In this document: positions 11,827 to 24,780 of the stretch, one piece after another
Numbering within the stretch: position 1 is the stretch's first letter
Layout: each line of letters begins with the position of its first letter
Origin: Macrostomum lignano
Lineage: Eukaryota
NCBI GenBank assembly: GCA_002269645.1
Contig: NIVC01001606.1
Location: 62,001-126,000, forward strand
Direction of reading: 5' to 3'
Length of the DNA: 64,000 bases
Program-made: the position numbers and the translations under genes
Notes under the pieces: model-generated
What the model saw: only the letters and a program-made list of their open reading frames with translations
Databases searched by the model: none
Told to the model about the DNA's origin: nothing

Positions 11827-14800
11827 GCCTTACCCGTCTCACCGTTGCCGTTAGCTTTGCTGCCTCCACAGCCCATATTCCGTATCAGTTACTGGCACAG
11901 ATTTCAGCAGGTAGACAGACAGTCAAAAAGTTCTTTTTGAGCGCACAGTCGAAAAAATTCTGTTTACAGCCATTGTCATATAAAAATGCTTCAAAGTTTT
12001 TCCCGTTGTTGTCATGGCAACGCGGCTAACATACGAGTTAATGGAGTTGGGGAGTTTTGAAGCGGAATGCTGGCCAAATGCCAGGGGGGGTGGGGTCGGA
12101 GCTGCCCAATGCTCAATAAGTCGGTAAAGAAAGAGTGTGGACGTCGCTCCAAGGTTTGAGCAAGTACTCAACTCTTTTGAGCACAGCTCTCTGAATAGGA
12201 ATGCGAGAGACAAAAGAGGGCCGCACTGATTTCAGTGCCTTCTAGAAATCAGTACCTTTTTGTGGCATTTTTTATAGAGAAGCGATGGAAGCCTAAAATG
12301 ACGCGTTGTGAAGCTTCTGCCATTTGTGAGATTAGTAATGCACTTTTGTTTGTCTCTGGACAATGACGTTTTTTGGAATTTTAAGCTAAAAGATTATTAC
12401 AATCTCATGATAAGCTCATCTTTATTTCAACCTGGTCTCACTCCCATCTCACACTATTCTCATTTCAATCTCATCTCAATCTCAGTGTAATATCATCCCC
12501 AATCTTGTCTCAATCTCATTTTAATCTCAATATTTTTATCTCAGCTTAAATCTCGGTGTAATCTCATCCCAATCTCACCCAAACTTATTCTAATTTCATC
12601 CCAATCTCATTCTAATCTAATCCGAATCCCATTCTAATCTCATCCCAATCTCATCCTAATCTCATTCCAATCTCATCCTAATCTTATCCCGATCCCATCC
12701 CATCCCAATCTCATTCTAATCTCAACCCAATCTCATTCTAATCTCATTTCAATCTCATCCTAATCCCACCCTTATCTCAATTTAATCTCACCTTCATCTT
12801 ATTATAATCTTACGCCAATCCTATTCTATATAATTACAATCAGTATTCAAATAAACAGCAATAAAATCACAAGCTTATGCATAAGTTCGATAGCTATGAC
12901 ATTAAAAACTGAAACGCAACTTCACAGCGTCTGCAACTGTGAGGTGGCTGAGGTATTCACCCCCGTCATGCTTAGCAACCAAACATGGGCGTCGTTTTTC
13001 TCTCTCACAACAGCCTTTTTTCTGTTGTTGACCAAGCCTTGATAAGATATGAGCTCTAAAGTCGACTCATTGCTCTGCGGCCTGAGTCAACACGCGCCTT
13101 ATTAAGCGTTCGAATTAATTTCTCAGAAACATGAATGCAGAATAAGGTGACGAGTCAGCCTAGTTATAGAAATTAATCAATAATATACTTTCTTCTTTGA
13201 TTCACAAGATTTCTGGCATAGTAAAAACTCAGTTTGAAGAAATTAATCTAGCTTTGAGATTTGGATTTAATGTTGCATTCTAATCGAATTTTTAATCTTG
13301 TATTTCTGGGTTTTGCACTGTTGTTGCTTCCAGAAGATGGAAATTGTAAGTTAATTTGCCTTCTTTCACTCATTTGATTTACTCAAATTAATCTCATCTC
13401 ATCTAAACTCATCTAATCTCATTCTCCTTGATTCTTTGGTTTGAAGAATCTTATATTTGAATCCAACAAATCTCGTCTAATCTCATCCTTCCAAGTTAGT
13501 CTCAGCTTTCTGAACCTCGTTTATGGATCTAATCTCATCTTGAGAATCTAACCCAATGGATCTAATGTTGTTTTGAAAATCCTATTCTTTTTAATCTAAT
13601 CTCACCAAAAGAATCTCACCTTATAGATATATTCTCATCTTGAAACTCTTATTCTTTAAATATAATCCAATCGTGAGAATATTATACATATAGATCTATT
13701 TTCATCTTGAAAATTTTACTCATTAAATCTAATCTCATCTAGAGAATCGCAACCTTTAGATGTAATTCCAATTTGAGAATCTCATCCTATGGATCTAATC
13801 ACATCTTGATAATCTCATCCTTTAGATCTAATCTCATTTTGAGACTTTTATCCAATAGACCTAGAGAATCTCATCCTATGGATCGAATCTCATCCTATGG
13901 ATCTAATCTCATCTTGAGAATCTCATCCTTTAGATCTAATCTCATTTTGAGACTTTTATCTAACAGATCTAGAGAATCTCATCCTATGGATCTAATCTCA
14001 TCTTGAGAATCTCATCCTTTAGATCTAATCTCATTTTGAGACTTTTATCTAACAGATCTAGAGAATCTCATCCCATGGATCTAATCTCATCTTGAGAATC
14101 TCATCCTTTAGATCTAATCTCATTTTGAGACTTTTATCCAATAGACCTAGAGAATCTCATCCTATGGATCTAATCTCATCTTGATAATCTCATCCTTTAG
14201 ATCTAATCTCATTTTGAGACTTTTATCCAATAGACCTAGAGAATCTCATCCTATGGATCGAATCTCATCCTATGGATCTAATCTCACTTTGAGAATCTCA
14301 TCCTTTAGATTAAATCTCATCTTGAGAATCTAATCCTATAGATCTAATCCCATATTGAGAATCTCATCCTAGATCCAATCTCATCCTGAAAATCTCATTC
14401 TTTCAATCTAATTTCAAATTTAAAATCTTATTATTTAGATCTAATCTTATTTCCAGAATCTCATTCTAGAATTTTTATCACATTATAAGAATCTCAGCAT
14501 TCTGAATCTACTGAAACACAACTTGTCAATCAACTCAGGCCTCACAATTGAGCGAGCCAGTCTGGGCAGCGGCTCCCAGAGCGGACTGCTGCTGGCCGAG
14601 CTTGACAATGGCCAAGTCGGCAGCGTGTGTATGCTGAACGACTCAAGGGTTGGAGCGGCGGTTTGCACTTACCTGCTGGGAAAGGCCAACTCTTCGGCTG
14701 TGCGAGTCACATTTTTCAAGGGCACCGCGCCAGCGGTTGTTGTCGCTTTGAATGGTTGCCATGGTTACGATGTGAGAGCAAATTAAATTTCTGATTTGCG

Positions 14801-17800
14801 TGGGTTGGCATGTCCTTTGATAGAGTTGCTCTCTTCTGGTGGTCTTCTGGTGGATTGGGGTGTCTTCTGGTGGATTGGGGTGTCTTCTGGTGGATTGGGG
14901 TGTCTTCTGGTGGATTGGGGTGTCTTCTGGTGGATTGGGGTGTCTTCTGGTGGATTTGGGTGTCTTCTGGTGGATAAGAGTGTCTTCTGGTGGGTTGAGG
15001 TGTCTTCTGGTGGGTTGGGGTGTCTTCTGGTGGATAAGAGTGTCTTCTGGTGGATTGGGGTGTCTTCTGGTGGATTGGGGTGTCTTTTGGTGAATTGGGG
15101 TGTCTTCTGGTGGATTGGGGTGTCTTCTGGTGGATTGGGGTGTCTTCTGGTGGATTGGGGTGTCTTCTGGTGGATAAGAGTGTCTTCTGGTGGGTTGAGG
15201 TGTCTTCTGGTGGGTTGGGGTGTCTTCTGGTGGATTGGGGTGTCTTCTGGTGGATTGGGGTGTCTTCTGGTGGATTGGGGTGTCTTCTGGTGGATTGGGG
15301 TGTCTTCTGGTGGATAAGAGTGTCTTCTGGTGGGTTGGGGTGTAAATTAGTGGATTAGGGTGTCTTCTGTTGTATTAGGGCGTCTTCTAGTAGATTAGGG
15401 TGTCTTTTAGTGGATTAGGGTGTCTTTTAGTAGATTAGAGTGTCTTTTAGTGGATTAGGGTGTCTTCTGGTGAATTGGGGTGTCTTCTGGTGGATTAGAG
15501 TGTCTTTTAGTGGATCAGTGTGTCTTCTGGTGAATTAGGTTGCCTTTTAGTAGATTAGGGTGTCTTCTAGTGGATTAGGGTGTCTTTAGGTGTTTTTGGG
15601 TGTCTTTAGATCAATTTTTGTGTTTTCTGATCGATTAGGATGTCTTCTGTTGTATTAGGGTGTCTCCTAGTGAATGATGGTGTTTTTTAGTGGATTATGG
15701 TGCTTCTTAGGTGGATTAAAGCTTTTCTTTTTTGACTGAAGTATCTCCTGTCGGACTGAGGTGTCTCCTGTCAGACTGAGGTGTCTCCTGTCAGACTGGG
15801 GTGTCTCCTGTCAGACTGGGGTGTCTCCTGTCTAAAAATGTCAATAAAATCCCTCACCCCGGCCCCCAAACGCAGCCCTCCCAAACGGGCCGGTGGAACC
15901 TCAACAACGACTGCGACGTGAAGACTGGCCCGGCAATTCCCGGCATCTGCAACGAGCGCCGGCTGCAGCTGGCCTGCGAGCTGGTGGAGCTGCGCCCGGA
16001 CAGCGCCAGCAGCGAAGGCCTGGTGGTGGTCGGCCTTACTGGACAGCTCGGCACCGTGTGCGCCACGGGAGCCGGCTTGAACGAAGCTGCCGCAGTGTGC
16101 AGAAGCCTCGGATTCGCCAAGTGAGTGCCAGCGAGCACAAACCTCACCTCCGCGCACCTACCTCACCTCCGCGCACCCACCTCACCTCCGCGCACCCACC
16201 TCACCTCCGCGCACCCACTTCACCTTTGCGCATCCACCTCACACCTCCACGCATTAACCTCACCTCCACGCATCCACCTCACCTCCGAGCACTCACCTCA
16301 CCTCCACGCACCCACCTCACCTCCGCGCATCCACCTCACCTCCGAGCACTCACCTCACCTCCACGCACCCACCTCACCTCCGCGCATCCACCTCACCTCC
16401 GAGCACTCACCTTACCTCCACGCACCCACCTCACCTCCGCGCATCCACCTCACCTCCGAGCACCCACCTCACCTCCGTGCATCCACCTCACCTCCGAGCA
16501 CCCACCTCACCTTTGCGCATCCACCTCACACCTCCACGCATTAACCTCACCTCCACGCATCCACCTCACCTCCGAGCACTCACCTCACCTCCACGCACCC
16601 ACCTCACCTCCGCGCATCCACCTCACCTCCGAGCACCCACCTCACCTCCGTGCATCCACCTCACCTCCGAGCACCCACCTCACCTTTGCGCATCCACCTC
16701 ACACCTCCACGCATTAACCTCACCTCCACGCATCCACCTCACCTCCGAGCACTCACCTCACCTCCACGCACCCACCTCACCTCCGAGCACCCACCTCACC
16801 TCCGAGCACCCACCTCACCTCCACGCACCCACCTCACCTCCGAGCACCCACCTCACCTCCGAGCACCCACCTCACCTCCACGCACCCACCTCACCTCCGC
16901 GCACCCACCTCACCTCCGCTATCAAACTTCCCCAACTCCCCCGCAGTCCCGAGAGCGCCTACCCCATCACGGGCCGGTACAAACCGAATCCAAGCGACCC
17001 GACTGAGAACACCACGGTGGAGCAGTTGAACTGCAAACCCGGTGACCGGTTAATCAACTGCAATTGGCAGTCGGCAAGTGGCTGCTATGAGGTTCACAAC
17101 CGGCTGGCGGTGGCCTGCAACCCTGTGGCGCCCACACCCAAGCCGATGCCGAGTCCCACGCTGGTCTGCTATCGTCAGGAAGCCAGAATCTGCTTCGGCA
17201 CCAATGCCATCAGTTCGATGAGCGAGCTGCAGTTGATGTACAATGCCACTGAAGTCAGCGGCTGCGTTGTTATTAGCGAAGTGACACCTGCTCAGGTATG
17301 AGGCTGACCGGGATGCTTGCTTTATATACTGAGTGACTATGTGAGAGTGACAATCTGAGAGTGACTTTACAGGAGTGACTATCTGAGAGTGACTATCCGA
17401 GAGTGATCATTTTCCGAGAGTGACTATCCGAGAGTGACTATCCTATAGTGACTATCTGAGATTTATTATCCAAGAGTGACTATCCTATAGTGACTATCTG
17501 AGATTTATTATTCAAGAGTGACTATCCTATAGTCATTATCTGAGATTTATTAACCAAGAGTGACTATCCGAAAGTGACTATCTGAGAGTGACTATCCGAG
17601 AGTGACTATCAGAGAGTGACTATCAGAGAGTGACTATCCGAGAGTGACTATCCGAGAGTGACTATCCGAGAGTGACTATCCGAGAGTGACTATCCGAGAG
17701 TGACTATCCGAGAGTGACTATCCGAGAGTGACTATCCGAGAGTGACTATCCGAGAGTGACTATCCGAGAGTGACTATCCGAGAGTGACTATCCGAGAGTG

Positions 17801-20800
17801 ACTATCCGAGAGTGACTATCCGAGAGTGACTATCCGAGAGTGACTATCCGAGAGTGACTATCCGAGAGTGACTATCCGAGAGTGACTATCCGAGAGTGAC
17901 TATCCGAGAGTGACTATCAGAGAGTGACTATCCGAGAGTGACTATCAGAGAGTGACTATCCGAGAGTGACTATCCGAGAGTGACTATCCGAGAGTGACTA
18001 TCCGAGAGTGACTATCAGAGAGTGACTATCCGAGAGTGACTATCAGAGAGTGACTATCCGAGAGTGACTATCCGAGAGTGACTATCAGAGAGTGACTATC
18101 CGAGAGTGACTATCCGAGAGTGACTATCAGAGAGTGACTATCCGAGAGTGACTATCAGAGAGTGACTATCCGAGAGTGACTATCCGAGAGTGACTATCCG
18201 AGAGTGACTATCCGAGAGTGACTATCAGAGAGTGACTATCCGAGAGTGACTATCCGAGAGTGACTATCAGAGAGTGACTATCCGAGAGTGACTATCCGAG
18301 AGTGACTATCCGAGAGTGACTATCCGAGAGTGACTATAAAAAATGACTACTGAAAGACCGAAAAGAAAAGACTTTCTCACTTCCCCAATCATGTCAGGTG
18401 TGCGCCAAGGTGCAGAGCTATTCAACATGCGCCGCGGTGGCGGGTCAGACGGCCCAGTACACGCAGTACCACCTGCTGATGCGCTTCCTAGGCGAAAAGA
18501 ATTCAATTGGCAACTATGTGCGACCGCCAATGAGTTTCGATTTGTACTGCCGATTGGCTAAGGAGACCCTGGCGACCGGCCAGTCCATCGGGCCGGATTT
18601 CGTCACCCCCACCAGCGCAATCGATGGTCACTCAGGCGGTGTGTCTGTTGTGGAGATCTACAGGTGAAAATGCGCTTGTGGGAGACATCGGGACCGATGT
18701 GGGTAGTAAAATCATCATATATAAGTGTGGGCCTCAGGTGATGATGGCGTCAACGAAGTTTTTAGAGTGACTATATAAGAGTGACTGTTAGAGAGTGACT
18801 ATTCAATAGTGAGTATTAAAAATTGACTAAGATAGAGTGTATGTTTATTATTTAAGTGTGACGATTAGAGATTGACCTATCAAAGAGTGATTATTCAAGG
18901 GTGAAATTTGGAAGTAACTATGTACTAGTGAATATCCTAGAGTGACTATGCAAGAGTGACTATCTGAGAGTGATTATCAACCGAGTGACTATGCGAGAGT
19001 GACTATCTGAGAGTGACTATCCTAGAGTGACTATGCGAGAGTGACTATGTGAGAGTGACTTTGAGAGAGTGAATATCCTAGAGTGACTATGCGAGAGTGA
19101 CTATGCGACAGTGACTATCTGAAAGTGAATATCCGAGAGTGACAATAATCCGAGAGTGACTATCCAAGAGGCACTATCTGAGAGTGACTATCTGAGAGTG
19201 ATTGTCGGAGAGTGACTATGCGAGAGTGACTATGTGAGAGTGACTATGAGAGAGTGAATATCCGAGAGTGACTATGCGAGAGTGACTATGCGAGAGTGAC
19301 TATGCGAGAGTGACTATCTGAGAGTGACTATGCGAGAGTGACTATGCGAGAGTGACTATGCGAGAGTGAATATCCGAGAGTGACTATTCGAGAGTGACTA
19401 TGCGAGAGTGACTATGCGAGAGTGAATATCCGAGAGTGACTATCCGAGAGTGACTATCCGAGAGTGACTATCCGAGAGTGACTATCCGAGAGTGACTATC
19501 AGATAATCAGCAGGTGAAAAGCACCTTCATCCCAAAAGTAAAAATCGCTTTCATTTCACACCTTTCACACTCTCAGAGGCCTGACAGGCGGCAACTTCAC
19601 TGACGGCCCGATCTCGGGCAGCGTGGAGGTCGGCACCATTCTCTATGCCGCGGTGGTGCTGCGCGGAGCCGCAAATTTGACCAGCAGCTGGCTTGTCGTT
19701 AACAGCTGTTGGGCCACCGACGGTCAGCAGAATGCCACTCTAGTGGAGAATAAGTGCCCAAGGGATGGCAGCGTCATACTGATCCCAGTGAATAATACCG
19801 CCATGGCAGTGCGCTTTCAGGCAAGTGTCTTTGCTTGCATTGTTTTTTTAGCTTTAACAGTGCTTTAAAGATGAATTGTATGATACAACTACCGTTAGTA
19901 CATTAATTATTCTGACATGCTTAGTACATGATCCTAATATGCTTGTTAAATCATCCTGACATGCTTATTACGTCATCCTTACATGCTTATTACGTCATCC
20001 TTACATGCTTATTACGTCATACTGACATGCTCATTACGTCATCTTGACATGCTTATTACGTCATCTTGACATGCTTATTACGTCATCTTGACATGCTTAT
20101 TACGTCATCCTGACATGCTTATTACGTCATCTTGACATGCTTATTACGTCATCTTGACATGCTTATTACGTCATCCTGACATGCTTATTACGTCATCTTG
20201 ACAGGCTTATTGTACTATTCTGACATTTTTTAAAAATCCCACGGCACTTACATCTTGTACATAAGTGGATAGTTTCGCTTTTGGTATACTTGTACACGAA
20301 CATAATTCGTATTTATTTGTTACATATAGTCATACACATTTTGACATGATTCTGACATTGATAGAAGCCTGACCCTGACCCTCAGACATGCCTCCATAAA
20401 TGATTCTGACACATTTTAAATCATAGGCACTTGAGGGTTTTCTAAAGACACGTGAATTATGTATGTCAGTAGTATATAACATGAATCATGTACAAAGTAT
20501 GTGCTTAAGATACTTACGGAATCATGTAAAAAGTGTGTTAAAATAATGTGTTATTGATGGCAGAATTGTCTACAACTGATATTTACCCTATCAATTGAAA
20601 TTTTCTAATGAAATTTTTATGTCAGAATGTTACTGGTAGTTACAAGCCAAATTAAACTGCAAACAACCAGAACTTGATCATTATTTTTTGCAGGCATTCA
20701 TGTTCAACACCAGCAGTGGTGGCATCGGTTCCGGTAGCATGCAGCTGCTCTGTTCCACAATTGTCTGCAGACTGGGGGATCCTTCTGAGCAGTGCAGCAG

Positions 20801-20993
20801 GCAGTGCGTGAGCTTCTATTATCATGAGGCGGCTCTCGGCACTCAGGCTGAGCAGGAGGCGAGAGAGATGGTCACCCTGCCAGCGTCCTTGAGTGTACAT
20901 CAGCCGGCGAACTCTGGTCGAAGACTGAGCCTGCAGTTTGGCGTGACTGCAGTTGCGACTGCCGCTGGCCTGAGCTTGCTGTGGATGCTGTAG
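11827..20993 (+). CDS. SRCR-SRCR-ZP domain protein with C-terminal hydrophobic (GPI-signal-like) tail; DMBT1/uromodulin-like; 5' end unresolved
   Basis: Phase-consistent exons 11827-11910, 14539-14771, 15876-16120, 16947-17295, 18398-18663, 19577-19820, 20694-20993. SRCR motifs SGLLLAELDNGQVGSVC..AAVC and SEGLVVVGLTGQLGTVC..EAAAVCRSLGF..LNC..C..C..LAVAC. ZP-C motif VGTILY..LVVNSCWAT..LVENKCPRD..RFQAFMF..LLCSTIVC..C..C. Ends VTAVATAAGLSLLWML*. Possible upstream exons near 9535 and 10303-10526 could not be joined in frame. Confidence 0.85.
13770..14400. repeat. Higher-order tandem repeat (~87-bp unit built from ~30-bp GATCTAATCTCAT subunits), intronic
   Basis: gatctaatctcatcttgagaatctcatcctttagatctaatctcattttgagacttttatc..agagaatctcatcctatg repeated. 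Confidence 0.85.
14830..15830. repeat. 20-bp minisatellite (TGGATTGGGGTGTCTTCTGG)n grading into (GTGTCTCCTGTCAGACTGAG)n, intronic
   Basis: Directly visible; homogeneous on the left and degenerate on the right. Confidence 0.95.
16125..16920. repeat. C/A-rich ~20-bp minisatellite (CCACCTCACCTCCG(C/A)GCA) with higher-order duplication, intronic
   Basis: Fills nearly the whole intron 16121-16946. Confidence 0.93.
17330..19500. repeat. 14-bp minisatellite (GAGAGTGACTATCC)n in two blocks (17330-18340 and 18765-19500) flanking exon 18398-18663
   Basis: Directly visible; the same unit occurs on both sides of the exon. Confidence 0.95.
19960..20210. repeat. 22-bp minisatellite (CTTGACATGCTTATTACGTCAT)n, intronic
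   Basis: About 10 copies visible. Confidence 0.9.
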
Positions 20994-21009
20994 TTGACCC
21001 CAGAGACAG

Positions 21010-21046
21010 AAAACAGACAGACAGACAGCCAGACAGACAGACAGCC

Positions 21047-21115
<69 letters not shown>

Positions 21116-21209
21116 CTAAGACAGACAGACAGACAGACAGACAGACACTAAGACAGACAGACAGACAGACAGACAGACACTAAGACAGACAGACAGACAG
21201 ACAGACAGC

Positions 21210-21258
<49 letters not shown>

Positions 21259-21329
21259 GCCAGACAGACAGACAGACAGCCAGACAGCCAGACAGACAGA
21301 CAGACAGACAGCCAGACAGACAGACACTA

Positions 21330-21406
<77 letters not shown>
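21010..21406. repeat. (CAGA)n microsatellite immediately 3' of the ZP gene stop codon
   Basis: Directly visible. Confidence 0.95.
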
Positions 21407-21408
<2 letters not shown>

Positions 21409-21720
21409 TTGACGAAAAACACGCGCAATGAAGCGTACATGAATGCTTAATAATGTAATATGCTTATTTTATTATATTTATATTTTGCCTGTGCGACTGT
21501 CAAAAACTGTATTAAAAATATAACTAATCCGTTTTGTAACACACTTTATGCATTAGTATTATACAATTACAATCATTATCCAACAGTAAGTTAAGGCCAT
21601 AGACAATTGAAAACAGCAAGGTCAGTGATTTATAAACAACTATTGGAACTAGCTCGTAAATATGCGAGAACTACGTTTACATAGGTATTATTGAGATTTA
21701 ACTAAAAATGAGTGCTGGCG

Positions 21721-23076
21721 CCCCTTGGTGCTAAAGCCCCTTGGTGCTAAAGCCCCTTGGTGCTAAAGCCCCTTGGTGCTAAAGCCCCTTGGTGCTAAAG
21801 CCCCTTGGTGCTAAAGCCCCTTGGTGCTAAAGCCCCTTGGTGCTAAAGCCCCTTGGTGCTAAAGCCCCTTGGTGCTAAAGCCCCTTGGTGCTAAAGCCCC
21901 TTGGTGCTAAAGCCCCTTGGTGCTAAAGCCCCTTGGTGCTAAAGCCCCTTGGTGCTAAAGCCCCTTGGTGCTAAAGCCCCTTGGTGCTAAAGCCCCTTGG
22001 TGCTAAAGCCCCTTGGTGCTAAAGCCCCTTGGTGCTAAAGCCCCTTGGTGCTAAAGCCCCTTGGTGCTAAAGCCCCTTGGTGCTAAAGCCCCTTGCTGCT
22101 AAAGCCCCTTGGTGCTAAAGCCCCTTGGTGCTAAAGCCCCTTGGTGCTAAAGCCCCTTGGTGCTAAAGCCCCTTGGTGCTAAAGCCCCTTGGTGCTAAAG
22201 CCCCTTGGTGCTAAAGCCCCTTGGTGCTAAAGCCCCTTGGTGCTAAAGCCCCTTGGTGCTAAAGCCCCTTGGTGCTAAAGCCCCTTGGTGCTAAAGCCCC
22301 TTGGTGCTAAAGCCCCTTGGTGCTAAAGCCCCTTGGTGCTAAAGCCCCTTGGTGCTAAAGCCCCTTGGTGCTAAAGCCCCTTGGTGCTAAAGCCCCTTGG
22401 TGCTAAAGCCCCTTGGTGCTAAAGCCCCTTGGTGCTAAAGCCCCTTGGTGCTAAAGCCCCTTGGTGCTAAAGCCCCTTGGTGCTAAAGCCCCTTGGTGCT
22501 AAAGCCCCTTGGTGCTAAAGCCCCTTGGTGCTAAAGCCCCTTGGTGCTAAAGCCCCTTGGTGCTAAAGCCCCTTGGTGCTAAAGCCCCTTGGTGCTAAAG
22601 CCCCTTGGTGCTAAAGCCCCTTGGTGCTAAAGCCCCTTGGTGCTAAAGCCCCTTGGTGCTAAAGCCCCTTGGTGCTAAAGCCCCTTGGTGCTAAAGCCCC
22701 TTGGTGCTAAAGCCCCTTGGTGCTAAAGCCCCTTGGTGCTAAAGCCCCTTGGTGCTAAAGCCCCTTGGTGCTAAAGCCCCTTGGTGCTAAAGCCCCTTGG
22801 TGCTAAAGCCCCTTGGTGCTAAAGCCCCTTGGTGCTAAAGCCCCTTGGTGCTAAAGCCCCTTGGTGCTAAAGCCCCTTGGTGCTAAAGCCCCTTGGTGCT
22901 AAAGCCCCTTGGTGCTAAAGCCCCTTGGTGCTAAAGCCCCTTGGTGCTAAAGCCCCTTGGTGCTAAAGCCCCTTGGTGCTAAAGCCCCTTGGTGCTAAAG
23001 CCCCTTGGTGCTAAAGCCCCTTGGTGCTAAAGCCCCTTGGTGCTAAAGCCCCTTGGTGCTAAAGCCCCTTGGTGCT
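21721..23076. repeat. 16-bp minisatellite (CCCCTTGGTGCTAAAG) x ~85
   Basis: Almost perfectly homogeneous (one G>C variant near 22095). No unique spacers, so not CRISPR. Confidence 0.97.
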
Positions 23077-23281
23077 GGCGTCTTTGACTGAGCTCTTTGA
23101 CCAGAATTCAGAAATTTGCGTATTGTCTATGGCCCAACCTGTACATATGCTTTAAGATGTCGGCTTTCTTACTCGGTATGTCAAAAGCAACAAAGGCATA
23201 GACTCGCAAGTAAAAGCACACAAACTAGTTAGCTAATTCTATCGAGATTGCAAGGCAGCATATTGCACAGAGATCACAGTC

Positions 23282-24361
23282 ATGAGCGTCGTGAAATTCA
23301 GTCCGTCTCGGGTGCTACGTCAATCGCGCCACCACCATCGTCCTAGCACCGGCGGCACCGGTCATCGGATGTCGCCGCATCGACACCAAGACAACGGCGA
23401 GTTTGGCCTGCTCGAAGAGGACTCCGACCTGCAGACCGGGGTGCACGGGCTGGAGATTTGGCTGGACAGGGAGCGCGGTGGAGCTACGACTGGCACAAAA
23501 GTGACCACTGGATCGCACTTTGCTGCCAACCTGGCTCGGTGAGTTGCCGCACATATGGGATTTTTTATGGGAGCGATCATCCTGATTGCCTTCTAGCTCA
23601 CTTTAGTGGCTTAGGGAATGTTTTAGACTGCTGTTATAGGTCACTTTCACGGTATTTGTCAAATAAACTATATAGCTAGGTCACTCTCTAGCTAAGTTGT
23701 TATCAAAGTCACTATTTTGGATAAGACCACAGTTTAGGCCACTGTCTATGTAGTCATCAATGTCACTGTTAAGGTGAAAGTTTAGGTCACAGGTAGTCGT
23801 CAAAGTCAGTATTTAGGTCACAGTTTAGGTCACTGTCTAGATAGCCGGCAAAGCCACTATTTAAGTCACAGTTTAGGTCACTATCTAGATAGTTATTGAA
23901 GTCACTATTTAGGTCACAGTTCAGTAAGTAAGTAAGTATACCCTATTAGACTGAATTCAAATTGTCACACAACCAGCGGCAGCAGCCTGACGGACTCCGC
24001 GGACGTGGATCGGGCACATCATAAAACTCGTGCTGGCGACGCTCTTGGCGACAGGGGAGACGGCGGTCAGCGCAAAGGCGCAACTGACTATGGCGACGAG
24101 TTGCAGACATTCGGCGGCGGTAGCAACCAGCTTTCCAGCTCAGTCCAGTTGATCCTTTGCGTGTGTCTGTTTCAACTGGTTGCTCTGTTCTGCTTTCTGG
24201 TGATTTTCTTATGTAAAAAGATTTTCTCTGAGACGATTGCACCGGTCAGTGCGGTTCAGCTCATTTTACTCGGTAGCTTTGAGAGCATTTTCTGGCTGAC
24301 AATGCTGTACGCTGCTGCTGGCCTGATGTACGCGGCTTGCTGCAGCAGAGAGAGCGATTAG
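23282..24361 (+). CDS. Hypothetical ~222-aa protein with low-complexity N-terminus and two predicted C-terminal TM helices (2 exons)
   Basis: Exon 23282-23538 (donor CG|gtgag) and exon 23950-24361 (acceptor tattag|A), phase 2 matched, 669 nt total. Hydrophobic segments VQLILCVCLFQLVALFCFLVIFLC and VSAVQLILLGSFESIFWLTMLYAAAGLMYAACC. Confidence 0.65.
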
Positions 24362-24780
24362 TGTGCAGGTGGGTTTGCTAGTTATTGTGCAGATGGGTGT
24401 GGTAATTAGTGTGCAGATGGGTGTGGTAATTAGTGTGCAGGTGGATGTGGTAATTAGTGTGCAGGTGGGTGTGCTAATTAGTGTGCAGGTGGATGTGGTA
24501 ATTAGTGTGCAGGTGGGTGTGCTAATAGTGTGCAGGTGGATGTGGTAATTAGTGTGCAGGTGGGTGTGCTAATTAGTGTGCAGGTGGGTGTGCTAATTAG
24601 TGTGCAGGTGGGTGTGCTAATTAGTGTGCAGGTGGATGTGGTAATTAGTGTGCTAAATAGTGTGCTAATTAGTGTGCAGGTGGGTGTGCTAATTATTGTG
24701 CAGGTGGGTGTGCTAATTATTGTGCAGATGGGTGTGCTAATTAGTGTGCAGATGGGTGTTCTAATTAGTGTGCTGGCGAG
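24360..24780. repeat. 24-bp minisatellite (GTGTGCAGGTGGGTGTGCTAATTA)n
   Basis: Starts right at the stop codon of the 2-TM gene. Confidence 0.9.

Noticed and set aside
21721-23076. Long regular arrays as possible CRISPR (also 26935-28100, 47420-48960)
   Set aside because: Head-to-tail units with no unique spacers, no cas genes, eukaryotic context.
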